DNA from: an uncultured Acidobacteriota bacterium
GTDB taxonomy: Bacteria; Acidobacteriota; Vicinamibacteria; Vicinamibacterales; CAVVIG01
Direction: 5' to 3'
DNA length: 64,000 nt
Assembly (NCBI GenBank): GCA_963745495.1
Contig: CAVUXJ010000007.1
Location: forward strand, 165,471 to 229,470
Of the stretch, positions 39,867 through 49,895 are shown one piece after another (position 1 is the stretch's first letter; each line of letters begins with the position of its first letter). Below the pieces are notes generated by a model that was not told where the DNA came from, did no database searches, and worked only from the letters and a program-made list of their open reading frames with translations. Position numbers and translations under genes: made by a program.

Positions 39867-39936
39867 CCGCGAAGTCACGAAGAGCACGAAGAGCGTCTGG
39901 TATTAAGATCATTCGTGGTCGTCGGCTCGTGCGTGG
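39867..39936. repeat. imperfect palindrome of CACGAAG-type words in an AT-rich spacer
   Basis: ccgcgaagtcacgaagagcacgaagagcg versus cattcgtggtcgtcggctcgtgcgtgg. Pairing is only partial. It lies between co-directional genes 37785..39785 and 39973..41268. Confidence 0.4.
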
Positions 39937-39972
39937 TTAACGGGCGTTGACTGGTCCAAGGAGGAGAGAGCA

Positions 39973-41268
39973 ATGAAACGAATCGTCTCGGGCGGGGTCG
40001 CCGCTCTGATGGCAGGTACGGCGGTGGTGTTGTTCGCGCAAACACGGGCGGGGGCGTTGCCCGCCTGCGATCCCGACAATGCCGGATTGAAGCTGCCCAC
40101 CGGCTTCTGCGCGGTGGTGGTCGCGGACAACCTCGGCATCGGCCGGCAGATGGCTGTGGCACCGAACGGCGACCTCTTCGTCTCGCTGCGAAACGTCAAT
40201 GCGCAGACACCCGGCAGCATCGTCGGGCTGCGCGATACGAACGGCGACGGCAAGTTCGACGTCCAGGAGAAGTTCGGCGACCAGGGGGGCACGGGCCTCG
40301 CGCTGCGGAGCGGCTACCTCTACCACGCGCGGGAAACAGCCGTCGTGCGCTTCCCGATCAAGGCTGGAGAGCTGAAGCCGTCAGGGCCGGCCGAAGTCAT
40401 CGCGACGCTGCCCCAGCAGCAGGGACACACGGCCAAAGGCATCGCGTTCGATGGCAAGGGCGGGATGTACGTCAACATCGGCGCGCCCTCGAACGCCTGT
40501 CAGGAGAAGGACCGGACCGCCGGTTCACCGGGCCAGAACCCGTGCCCGCTGCTCGAGAAACATGGCGGAATCTGGCGGTTCGACGAGAACAAAGGCGGTC
40601 AATCGCCGGAGAGTGGCGGCCGCCGCTACGCCACGGGCCTGCGACAGTTCTACGCTCTGGCGTGGAACGGGGGAGCGCTCTACGCCGTCCAGCACGGGCG
40701 CGATCAGCTGGACATGTTGTTCCCGCAGTTCTATGACTCGAAGAAGAATGCCGAGCTCCCGTCAGAGGAACTGCTGCGGATCGAGGACGGCTCGACCTTC
40801 AGCTGGCCGTACTGCTACCACGATTGGCAGCAGGGCAAGCGCGTTCAGAGTCCCGAATACGGCGGCGACGGCACGAAGGTCGGCGATTGCGCCAAATATC
40901 CGCCGCCGGTCGCCGCGTTCCCTGGTCACTGGGCGCCGGGCGGGCTGCTCTTCTACTCGGGGTCGCAATTCCCGGCGCGGTATCGGGGCGGCGCGTTCAT
41001 CGCGTTTCAGGGATCCTGGAACCGCGCACCCGAAGAGGCGGGCGGTTACAAGGTGGTGTTCCAGCCCTTCCAGGGCGGCAAGGCAGCGGGAAATTACGAG
41101 GTCTTCGCGGACGGATTTGCCGGCGTGACGCCGTTGATGAAGCGCGAGGACGCCAAGGCGCGGCCGTCCGGGCTCGCGCAGGGACCCGACGGGACGATCT
41201 ACATTTCAGATTTGGTCAAGGGCAGGATCTGGCGGATCGTCTACCGTGGCGGTGCGCAGTCGCAGTAG
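39973..41268 (+). CDS. PQQ-dependent sugar (sorbosone/aldose) dehydrogenase-like beta-propeller
   Basis: Intact 431-aa ORF with AGGAGGAG SD and a signal peptide. ..HTAKGIAFDGKGGMYVNIGAPSNAC..GIWRF..LLFYSG..GPDGTIYISD. Confidence 0.75.
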   Translation: MKRIVSGGVAALMAGTAVVLFAQTRAGALPACDPDNAGLKLPTGFCAVVVADNLGIGRQMAVAPNGDLFVSLRNVNAQTPGSIVGLRDTNGDGKFDVQEKFGDQGGTGLALRSGYLYHARETAVVRFPIKAGELKPSGPAEVIATLPQQQGHTAKGIAFDGKGGMYVNIGAPSNACQEKDRTAGSPGQNPCPLLEKHGGIWRFDENKGGQSPESGGRRYATGLRQFYALAWNGGALYAVQHGRDQLDMLFPQFYDSKKNAELPSEELLRIEDGSTFSWPYCYHDWQQGKRVQSPEYGGDGTKVGDCAKYPPPVAAFPGHWAPGGLLFYSGSQFPARYRGGAFIAFQGSWNRAPEEAGGYKVVFQPFQGGKAAGNYEVFADGFAGVTPLMKREDAKARPSGLAQGPDGTIYISDLVKGRIWRIVYRGGAQSQ

Positions 41269-41333
41269 CGTCGAACCATCGATCCGGACGAGCGCGACGC
41301 GCCCAACAAGAGCGCACACGGAAGGGAGGCATC

Positions 41334-42050
41334 ATGAGGGCTGCGTACGGCGTGCTGCTGATGGTGATGATTGGCGCGGCCCTACCCGAGCTGCAGGCCC
41401 AGTCGCCACCGGCCGGCACGATTCCCGACCTTGCGGGGATCTGGGACGGGACCACGCGAGTCCGTCCGATCAACAGCGCCAGTGCTCCCTGGGGCAAAGC
41501 CAACTTTCCCGAGCTCAACGGGCGCGCCCTGGCGTACATGCAGGTGTTCGACGAAGCGATCTCGGCCAAGTATGACTGCCTGCCGTCGACGCCTCCGGCC
41601 ATCGAGTACGACCCGTACATGATGGAGATCGTGCAGTGGCCGGATCGCGTGCTCTTACGGTACGAGAAGGATGATCAGCTGCGGACGGTGTGGCTCGACG
41701 GCCGCCGTCCGACCGTCAACGACTTCAGCCTTCAGGGATTCTCTGTCGGCCGGTACGAAGCGAACGCCCTCATCGTCGAAACGGATCACTTCGTCTTCGA
41801 CATCACGGGATTCGACGACTACAACGGGATTCCTTCATCGCAGCAGAAGCGCGTCACCGAACGATACTGGCGGGAAGGCAACGAACTGCGCGCCACGGTC
41901 ACCGTCGCGGATCCGATGTTCCTGAGGAAGCCGGCGTCGTATACAACGAGGTGGTTGCCCGGCCCCGCGGGATACAAATTGGCCGCCTTCGACTGCGATC
42001 CGGAATCGGCGAGGGCGTCGCTGCAGTTCCTTCCCCCCAGGTACAAGTAA
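41334..42050 (+). CDS. secreted hypothetical protein
   Basis: ATG 41334 (GGAAGGGAGG SD) inside ORF 40824..42050: MRAAYGVLLMVMIGAALPELQAQ signal. No family recognised. Confidence 0.6.
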   Translation: MRAAYGVLLMVMIGAALPELQAQSPPAGTIPDLAGIWDGTTRVRPINSASAPWGKANFPELNGRALAYMQVFDEAISAKYDCLPSTPPAIEYDPYMMEIVQWPDRVLLRYEKDDQLRTVWLDGRRPTVNDFSLQGFSVGRYEANALIVETDHFVFDITGFDDYNGIPSSQQKRVTERYWREGNELRATVTVADPMFLRKPASYTTRWLPGPAGYKLAAFDCDPESARASLQFLPPRYK

Positions 42051-42062
42051 ACGTCAGCACAG

Positions 42063-42497
42063 ATGGAGGATGGGTCGATGACAGCTCAGCGATGGATAGC
42101 GGCAGCCGTAGCGGTTGCAGGAGTGGGGATCCTGAAGAGCGCGGCGCCGCTCGTGGCTCATCATGCGACGAGCTCGTTTTATGACGTCAATCGCAAGGTC
42201 GAGACCGAGGGGACCGTCACGAAGTTCCTGTTTCGAAACCCTCACGCGTTTCTGTACTTCACCTCCACCGATGACAAGGGTCAGACAATCGAGTGGCAGA
42301 TCGAACTGGGCGCTCCCTTGAATTTGTCCAGAGTGGGATGGACTCCGGACACGCTCAAGCCGGGCATGATGATCAAGGTCGCGGGCCAGCCATCAAAAGC
42401 CGAAGGCTCACACGGCATCTGCTGCGCCACGATCACACGGCCCGACGGCAGCCCCATCGTCGCCGGTGGGCGCGTACGGGAAGAGACGCCCAAGTAG
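42063..42497 (+). CDS. DUF6152-like secreted protein
   Basis: Intact 144-aa ORF: signal, then AHHATSSFYD..ETEGTVTKFLFRNPHAFLYF..WQIELGAP..GWTPDTLKPGMMIKVAG. Confidence 0.6.
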   Translation: MEDGSMTAQRWIAAAVAVAGVGILKSAAPLVAHHATSSFYDVNRKVETEGTVTKFLFRNPHAFLYFTSTDDKGQTIEWQIELGAPLNLSRVGWTPDTLKPGMMIKVAGQPSKAEGSHGICCATITRPDGSPIVAGGRVREETPK

Positions 42498-42526
42498 CGG
42501 ATCAGGTTGGTAGCCGCGCCGCCGAC

Positions 42527-42589
42527 GATCTGGTCATTGGGCCATCTGGTCATTGCCATCGATCGCTCAATGACTCAAATGACCAGATT
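42527..42589. repeat. composite palindrome of ATCTGGTCATTG / ATGACCAGAT words between convergent genes
   Basis: gatctggtcattgggccatctggtcattgcc versus caatgactcaaatgaccagatt. The right arm overlaps the last codons of the SGNH gene. Confidence 0.65.
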
Positions 42590-43650
42590 TTGACCGCCGC
42601 TCGCCTGCTTGGGGTTGATTTCAAGCTGTTGACGGATCGCGTCGAAAAAGATCTCGGCCATCTTCCCATAGCCTGTGTCATTCGGGTGCAGGCCATCGAA
42701 GCTCAATAACGCCATCGTCTGGCCGGCGAAGCCCGAGTACAGATCGACCAGCGACGCACCTTCACTCGCGGCCATGACCCGAATCTGGGCGTTGGCCGCG
42801 ACGATGTCGTCGCGTCCGTCCACGAAGTCGAACGCGCGGCAGCCGCACCGGTCCTCCGGCAGCAGCGTACCGACGAGGACGCGAATCCCGCGGCTTCGCG
42901 CCTCGCGGATCATGGTCCTCAGGTCCTGCACGAGAGGGCCGATGTGCGCCGCCTGATCCCCACGAGCATGTATGTCGTTGATCCCCTCCATCAGCAACAG
43001 CACGTCCGGCGCCCTGCGATGCCAACACGCCCGGCAGGCGGCTCGACCCATCGGAAGCCGTCTCCCCGGGTTCTCCTTCGTTGACGACGGACGGGCGACT
43101 GAGCGCTGTAGCGGCTCGCCAGCAGCGCGCTCAGCTTCAGCGGATACGACGAAGACGACGCATTCAAATCGGCTCTCAGTTGACGGATGTCGAACAGCCG
43201 TTCTGTCAGCGTCAAGACTGGGGCGGTTCCACAGCGGGACACTGGCGGCGCGCCGAGTGAACAGGTGGTCGGCAGCACCCCGGCCGTGATGCTGTCGCCA
43301 AAGGCGAGGAACTTCGTCGCGCTGAGTTTGGGCGGCGTCACGACGGCGATCCGAAAACTACAGGAAGCCGCCCGCTGGACGGCATCCCTGGCGAGGCACG
43401 CCACGTCGGTCGTTCCGACCTCGAAACGCGCGCCGCTCTGACGCGTGCACGTCGTCGTCACCGGCGACGTGCCTCCGGTCACAACCGGCGCTGCAAAGGC
43501 AACCGTGACCGCGAGCCCGTCGAGCGATTGCACCGTTTGCGCAGCCGGACAAGAGATCGTCAGGGCGGCTGGCGTCGGCCGTGTCGGGCTGTCGCCGCAC
43601 GCAGTGGCCGCCAGTGCGAGCACCACCGCGACCGCCAGACCGCACCACAT
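42575..43650 (-). CDS. lipoprotein: HYR domain + SGNH/GDSL hydrolase, 2 frameshifts near 43030-43090
   Basis: ATG 43650: MWCGLAVAVVLALAATAC. ISCPAAQTVQSLDGLAVTVAFAAPVVTGGTSPVTTTCTRQSGARFEVGTTDVACLA (HYR-like), FLAFGDSITAG (block I), then ORF 42575..43051 LLLMEGINDI..FDGLHPNDTGY. Confidence 0.7.
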
Positions 43651-43730
43651 TCGGGCGTTGCGCGGTGCCAGCGAGTGGTCCGGGCAACGCCAGCCCCAGC
43701 AATCGGGGGATTCCCGGCATGCGGTATGTG

Positions 43731-43785
43731 CCGGCCCCTCCCGCCCCTCTTGCCGCTCCTGCCCTTCCTGCCCTTCCGGCCTGTT
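43731..43785 (-). repeat. G-rich GGCAGGAAGGGC element, copy A (G-rich on minus strand)
   Basis: Minus strand: aacaggccggaagggcaggaagggcaggagcggcaagaggggcgggaggggccgg. It begins 6 nt after the stop of 43791..46509. Confidence 0.75.
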
Positions 43786-43790
43786 ACTGG

Positions 43791-46509
43791 TCATATGAGG
43801 GTGATGCGCACCTGGCAACCAAGCAGCCTGGTGTCGGTCGCGGACGGATCGACGTCGGAGGGACGAAACCCCCCTGGCGATTGAATCGTGACCGGCACGA
43901 AGCGGAGATCTGGCGCGACTTCGGCCTCGACGACTGTGGTGTCATTGGCGTTGACGTGGACGCGCGTTTCCTTCCCTGCGATCGAGACGAGCACATCCCC
44001 GCTCATCGGGCCCAGGTGCAGGGTCACGATCATTCGAGCGGCGTCCGCGGGAGCGACAAGCACAGTGGCGCGTTCCGTGCCGCGCGTCCAGAAGACGCCG
44101 CCTTCCGGAAAGGTGAACGGATCAACGTGCACGATGTATCCGCCGGGCCGACCGGCAATCGCCTCGATCGTCCGGACTCTGCGCTGGTCGTCGCGGGCGC
44201 TGAGCGGCACGACGGCGATCGGCGCCACCTCGACCCGATCCACGGCCAGGGTGGTTGTGTCGGGCACGCGTACAGTCAGCCGTCCAGTGGCCACTGGCAG
44301 CTCGAACCGCACAACCGCGGGATTGGCGAGAGCGCCCACCACACGCCCGAACACCAGGCGATCGTACGCCGAAACGAGAACTTCTCCTTGTCCGTGAGAC
44401 GCCGCAGACCACACGCGAGCCTCGTAGGTCCCGGCAGGCAAGGCGAACTGTTCCGTGGCGTAGCGGGGATCCGCGACCGCGTCAGGCGATCGGCGAAAGA
44501 CGACGGTGCTCAATCGCTTCAGAGTATCGGCGTCGATCCAGTGCAGGTCGTCATAATTGAAGCCGCTGAGTCGCTCGCCATCGAAGCGCCAGATCAGTTC
44601 GAGGGCGCCCCTTCTTGACACCTCCTCGCGGGCATCGGGGGCGATTTGGCGAGCCACGACGCCCGCCGTGAACAGAAACGTCAGGCTTCCGAGGGTGCCG
44701 AGCCACAAGGCCGTCGCGGTTCGCGACCTGCCGATCCAGGTCATCACCGCAAGCCCAGCCGCGCCTGCGACGAGCCACGGGACCGAGTTGTCCGATCGAG
44801 CGCCGCCAGTCTTCCTCCGTGAATGTTGGCAGCGACCATGCCAGCGGCGAGCTCGCCTGAATGGTTTCGATGAGTCGCGCCCGGCCGTGCGGGTCGCTGA
44901 ACAGGAAGAATCGCTCGGGCCACCACACGCCCACCATCGCCACCGCCACGCTGGTCGTGAGCCACACCCCCATCAGCGCCCTGCCCGTCCGGCTCCGCGC
45001 CTGCAACGCCGTCATCGCGATCATCGGCGCAAGGCATGGCAGAACCGGAACGAGAAATCGTGCGGGCGCGCTCGACCCGCCCCACCACATATAGAGGCGC
45101 GCGCTGCTGCCGACATACGCCGCGGTGACGAGCACGAGGACCGCGCCGAGATAGCGCGACTCGGCGCGGCGCACCATGAACCAGACGCCCGGCAGCGCCA
45201 GCAGATAGATCGGGGCTGTAGAACAACAGGCCGAACTTCTGATCGAAGCAACAGCCCGAGCAGCCCGCGCGGAATGTTCCTGAGGAGCACGAACGTGCGC
45301 GTGTAGTCGCCGTAGGGCGCTTCGGGATCGATGACGCCGTAGATCGCATAGAAAAAGTACAGCCACGCCGCCACACACAAGGCGATCGGCACACCGAAGG
45401 CCGCGATCGCTTTCGGCCGGCGCCAGAGGCGCACGAGGAGCGCGGCCGCGAACAGCGCCAGAAAGATCGCGAACTTGGTGTGCAGCCACACCAGGAGTCC
45501 CAGCGCAAACCCCCGCCACGCCCAGGTGCTCAGGCGCTGCTCGACCGGCTGCCATAGCCAGAGTGCGGCCCAGGCAACCACGAGCGCACCCGGCGTCTCC
45601 GGAAACACGAGCCAGCCGTGCGGCACGAAGGGAACGGTCAGGCAGACGGCCGCCCAGGCGAAGAACGCCGCGCGTCGCCCGGCGAGCGCTTCAGCCAGAT
45701 CAAAGACCGCCATGGCCGCCAGCGCGGCGATCAGGCACATGAACACGACGACGCCGCGATAGCCCGCCGCGGCGTAGGCGGGAAGCATCACGACCGGCAA
45801 GCCCGGTGCGTGAACAGAGTAAATCGCGCCGTTCTGGCCGCGACGCAGGAAGTCGGGCCTCAGGTTGCCGCCGAAAAACTGCCGGTACTCGCCGCGCTGG
45901 TGGTTGTTCTCGATCCGCAGGTCGCCGTCGGCGAGCAGGCTCTGGGAAATGATCAGATAGTGCGGCTCGTCGCCGCCCGGCCCAATCACACGCGACGAGT
46001 TCACGCCGAAAAACAGGTAGAGAGCAAGGCTCGAGACGAACACCGTCTTTCGACCGGGCATCCGCGGCTCGGCGGGGATCAACGCGATCAGGCGCGGACC
46101 AATCGGCAAGGCGCCCGCCAGAGCCACGCCGGCAACGACCCAGCGGATCGGGCCCGCGAGCACCAGCAGCAGCGGCATGCGGTCTGGCAGCCAGGGCAGG
46201 TAAGGCACGACCCACAGCCACAGGAGGGCAAGCGGTGCCGCCATCGCGGCGAGCCGCGCCAACAGACCGGCCTTGCGGCTCACGACCGCGAGCGCCAGAG
46301 CCAGGATCACACCGATCGCGACAAGCCACACGGAGCCGCGTCAACGGCGCAAACAGCGCGACGCGCTCGGGCCCTGATTCCGACCAGCTCACGATGTGGA
46401 CGGAAGCGGGAACGAGCCAGGCAGCGATCGCGACGCCTTCGACCGCAGCGACAAGCGTCACGACATGACGCCACGACTGCCGAGTGGCCGCACCCGCGGT
46501 CGCGCTCAT
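43791..46509 (-). CDS. very large polytopic membrane protein (GT-C/PMT-like acidic loop motif) with C-terminal soluble domain, 3-4 frameshifts
   Basis: ATG 46509 (ATGA overlap with the upstream stop): MSATAGAATRQSWRHVVTLVAAVEG.. (45700..46509), GGDEPHYLIISQSLLADGDLRIENN (45021..46331), FDQKFGLLFYSPIYLLALPG (44551..45555), C-terminal domain 43791..44747. Confidence 0.6.
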
Positions 46510-47214
46510 ACGGGTTTGCGCAGCACCGCCATGTAATGCGCCGAATAGGCCCCGAGCGGCGAGGCCTCGAGCAGCCGCTCGATCGGCGTCAGGAGGCTGA
46601 CGAGGCGTCGCGGAAGAAAGTCCGGGAGAAAGGTGAAGTAGCGAATGTCGACCACGGGAACGTCAGTGTATACCGTCATCCGGTGCGGCAGGAGCCAGCG
46701 TTCCACCCCTTCGTCGATGCAGTTGAGCGAGGGAAAGACATAGCCCATGTAGAACCGGAACAGAATATTGCGCGTGTTGATCTCGTGAACGAACAGCACG
46801 CCGCCTGGCCTCAGCACGCGAACGAGCTCGGCGAACGCGAGGCGCTGCTCCTCGACGGACGAGAGATGATGCAAGACGTTGATCACATACGCGAAGTCGT
46901 GAGAGTCGTCCGCCGCCGGAATGCGCAACACCGATCCGGTCGTCACGACCCCGGCGATCCCTATCTTGCTCGTCGCGAGATGAACCTGCCCCGCCGACAT
47001 ATCGAGCCCCCTCACGTCGAAGCCGAGCGCACGCATCCGCGCCACGTATCCCCCCTGCCCGCAGCCGACGTCGAGGCCTCGTCCCCCGCGGCGCCACGCG
47101 CTCGAGCACCTCCCGCATCAGCTCGGTCTTGCGCGTGAGGAGCGCCTCGCGGCGGGCCTCGGGAATCTGGACGTCGTACGCATCGGCAATGGCGTCGAAA
47201 TGCGATTGATCGGA
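46506..47214 (-). CDS. class I SAM-dependent methyltransferase, 1-2 frameshifts, start unresolved
   Basis: SDQSHFDAIADAYDVQIPEARREALLTRKTELMREVLERVAPRG (frame of 46663..47118), then GLDVGCGQGGYVARMRALGFDVRGLDMS..LRPGGVLFVHE (46506..47045). No start codon lies in the N-terminal frame. Confidence 0.65.
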
Positions 47215-48135
47215 CGCGTGTGGCGACCGCCCGGTGGATCAACAGGAACACGGCGCCAAGCACGGTGGAAACGCCAACCGTCGCCAGACGGACACCGAAG
47301 ACGGAGAGCACGGCGGGTGTCATGTCAAAACCCGCGGCATCGAGCGCGTCCAGCAGACGGGTACCCGCCACCAGCACGCCGCCCGGCGACAGAACCAGAC
47401 CACCCAGGCTGGCTGACGTCGCGTATGCATGCTCGGCCGTCAGGAGGCCGTAGGCGTACCCCCACGCACCCGCCAGGGCCCAGAACCCGATCCCCGGCAG
47501 CGTCCAGGCAACGATGCTCGTGCGCGAGGGCCACCAGCCATGTTGACGTCCGCGCCAGACGATCGCAGCTCGGTGCCCGAGCGCGATCGAACACACTGGC
47601 CCGCCTGCGTCCCAATCCGGACGATCAGCCGCAGACACAACGCGCGAACCGGGTGGCTGAGCAGCGCCGCGGCCAGGACGAGCAAGGCGGTGGTCCGGCT
47701 TCCGCCTCCGCCGAGCGCCACGCCGAGCATCCCGGCGATCACGGCGAGCGCCGCGAGATCGAGGAGCCGTTCCCATAGATTGACGATGACGGTGGTGGCG
47801 ACAGGTACGTGGCCCCGCGCCCGCAGCACAAGAGCGCGCACGGCGATCTCACCGAGCAGAAACGGCGCAAGCAGCAGGCTGAGGCCGGCGAAGTACCCGA
47901 TGTACGCGTCGCGGATCGGAATGCGCGTTTCGGCGCGTCGAAGCAGGAACACCCACCGCAAACTGCGCAACGCGAGACTGGCGACGGTGAGACCGCAGGC
48001 CGCCACCAACCGGATCCAGAAGCCCGGCCCGATCTGCGCCGGCCATCGCGTCAGACCGCCGAGGATGAGCGCCGTACCGACGAGTCCCGTCAGGAGAACC
48101 GCGGCGGCCGACGCGAGCAGCAGAACCCACGCCAT
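47200..48135 (-). CDS. UPF0104 / flippase-like membrane protein, copy 3, about 2 frameshifts, 3' end approximate
   Basis: MAWVLLLASAAAVLLTGLVG..LRWVFLLRRAETRIPIRDAYIGYFAGLSLL (frame of 47440..48738), then ..TLPGIGFWALAGAWGYAYG..VGVSTVLGAVFLLIHRAVA (47012..47776). An alternative GTG start at 48180 overlaps the GT2 stop as GTGA. Confidence 0.6.
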
Positions 48136-48176
48136 CGCCCGCGGCGGCCGGGCGCACGGCGGACGCGGCCTCGAGC

Positions 48177-49169
48177 TCACTTGTCTGCAAGGCTCGCGGC
48201 CCGATCGAGGGCCGGCACCGATGCGTGATCCAGGATCTCGCGGATGACGTACGTCGGCTTGCCCTGCGATTCGTGGTACGTGCGCGCCTGGACTTCGGCG
48301 AGCAGTCCCAGCGTGACGAGCTGCACGCCGGTGATCAGCAGCAGCCCTCCGAAAAACAGCAGCGGCCGGTTGGCGATCGCCTGCTGGCCGGTGAGGCGCA
48401 CATAGGCGAGATACGCGGTAATCGCCGCGCCGAGGGCCCCCATCGCGAAGCCGATGAGGCCGAAGATCTGCAGCGGCCGCGTCGAATAACTGAGCATGAA
48501 CTTGACCGTCAACAGGTCCAGGATCACGCGGACGGTGCGCGAGATGCCGTACTTCGAGCTGCCGTGGCGGCGCGGTCTGTGATTCACCGGCACCTCGGCG
48601 ATCTCCACTCCCTGCTCGCTCGCGATGGCGGGAATGAACCGGTGCATCTCGCCGTACAGTTTCAGCGGCTTCACCACTTCCGCGCGAAAGACCTTGAGCG
48701 AGCACCCGTAGTCGTGCAGACGCACGCCGGTCGCCCACGAGATCAGGCGATTGGCGATGACCGACGGCACGAGCCGCGAGAAAAAGGCGTCCTTTCTGGA
48801 CTTCCTCCAGCCGCAGACGATGTCGTAGCCGCCCGCGTCGAGCGTCGCGACCATCTCGGGAATGTCACGCGGATCGTTCTGCAGATCGCCATCCGAGGTG
48901 ACGACGAGGCGGCCCGCGGCGCTGGCGAAGCCCGCGGCGAACGCCGCCGTCTGACCGAAGTTGCGCCGGAAACGGATCACGCGGAGGCGCGGATCGACCA
49001 GGTGCAGCCGCGCAAGAATCTCGAAGCTGTCATCGGTACTGCCATCGTCGATCACGATGATCTCGTACGAGCGTCCCCAGGCGTCGAGCGTGTCCGTCAA
49101 CTCGCGGTGCAGTTCGGCGAGCGAGGCCGCTTCGTTGCGGATCGGGATGACAACGCTCAGTTCGATCAT
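48177..49169 (-). CDS. GT2 polyprenyl-phosphate glycosyltransferase with C-terminal TM helices (ArnC/GtrB-like)
   Basis: Intact 330-aa ORF: LSVVIPIRNEAASL..IIVIDDGSTDDS..VVTSDGDLQNDPRDIP..two C-terminal TM helices. Confidence 0.85.
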   Translation of the reverse strand: MIELSVVIPIRNEAASLAELHRELTDTLDAWGRSYEIIVIDDGSTDDSFEILARLHLVDPRLRVIRFRRNFGQTAAFAAGFASAAGRLVVTSDGDLQNDPRDIPEMVATLDAGGYDIVCGWRKSRKDAFFSRLVPSVIANRLISWATGVRLHDYGCSLKVFRAEVVKPLKLYGEMHRFIPAIASEQGVEIAEVPVNHRPRRHGSSKYGISRTVRVILDLLTVKFMLSYSTRPLQIFGLIGFAMGALGAAITAYLAYVRLTGQQAIANRPLLFFGGLLLITGVQLVTLGLLAEVQARTYHESQGKPTYVIREILDHASVPALDRAASLADK

Positions 49170-49183
49170 CTCAGCATATGACG

Positions 49184-49279
49184 AGTCTGAGTTATCTCGC
49201 TCTCAGCTTAGTTGAGCTGGCCAATTCGAGAAATCCAATGACCAGATCAGCTGATGAGCTACATAACTCAGCTTTCAGC
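49184..49279. repeat. composite palindrome mixing CTGAGTTAT, CAGCT and ACCAGAT words
   Basis: gagtctgagttatctcgctctcagcttagttgagctgg versus ccagatcagctgatgagctacataactcagctttc. It lies between the DedA-like stop (49275) and the GT2 start (49169). Confidence 0.6.
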
Positions 49280-49884
49280 ACGTATATCGACCTTTCCTGC
49301 CCTTCGCTTTGCTCCACAGCACGTATCCGACCACGCCGGCCAGCAAGCACGCCCGCGAGGACAAGGGTGACGGTTCCTGCGTTCGCCTCCATGTAGGCCA
49401 CGGCGCGGTCGCCGTAGCGGACGGCCAGCAGCCCTTCGCCAAAGTAGCGGAGCCCGCGGCCGATCGCGATCGCAATGACGAACCGCGGCACGCTGATGCC
49501 CGCAACGCCAGCGAGCAGGACGAAAATCTTGAAGGGCGCCGGCGGCGGCAGGAGAGACGGGATCAGCACCGACATGACGCCGTAGCGCCGCACGACGGCG
49601 AGCGCCTGGTCGACGCGATCGGACGCAAACCGCTTTCTGACGAGCGCATCGCCGCCCCTGCGGCCGATGTAATACAAGATCAGACAGCCGGCGATCGACC
49701 CGAGAGTGGCGCTCGTCGCATAGAGCACCATCCGCGACTTCTGTCGCGTGACCATCAAGACCAGCAGCAGATCGTTGATTTCCGGGAGAGAGAGAAAAGA
49801 CGAATCCAGGAAGGCGACCACGAACAACCCGGGGGCTCCCATGCCAAGCGCGAACGCCTGGATCCCGTCGACGAATCTCCTCAT
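49275..49884 (-). CDS. VTT-domain (DedA/YqaA-family) membrane protein, one frameshift near 49345
   Basis: ORF 49192..49884: MRRFVDGIQAFALGMGAPGLFVVAFLDSSFLSLPEIND..IPSLLPPPAPFKIFVLLAG. The last TM helix and stop are in ORF 49275..49505 (..LLAGVVGYVLWSKAKGRK..). Confidence 0.7.
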
Positions 49885-49895
49885 AGAATGAGCAT

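Noticed and set aside
43731-43818. Gly/Glu/Arg-rich peptides (MTSNRPEGQEGQERQEGREGP.., ..AEAEGRRGRKG..) as collagen-like or low-complexity protein N-termini
   Set aside because: The three G-rich elements are translated in different frames and on different strands in the track. They begin right after stop codons, and the downstream proteins have proper signal or TM N-termini starting after them.
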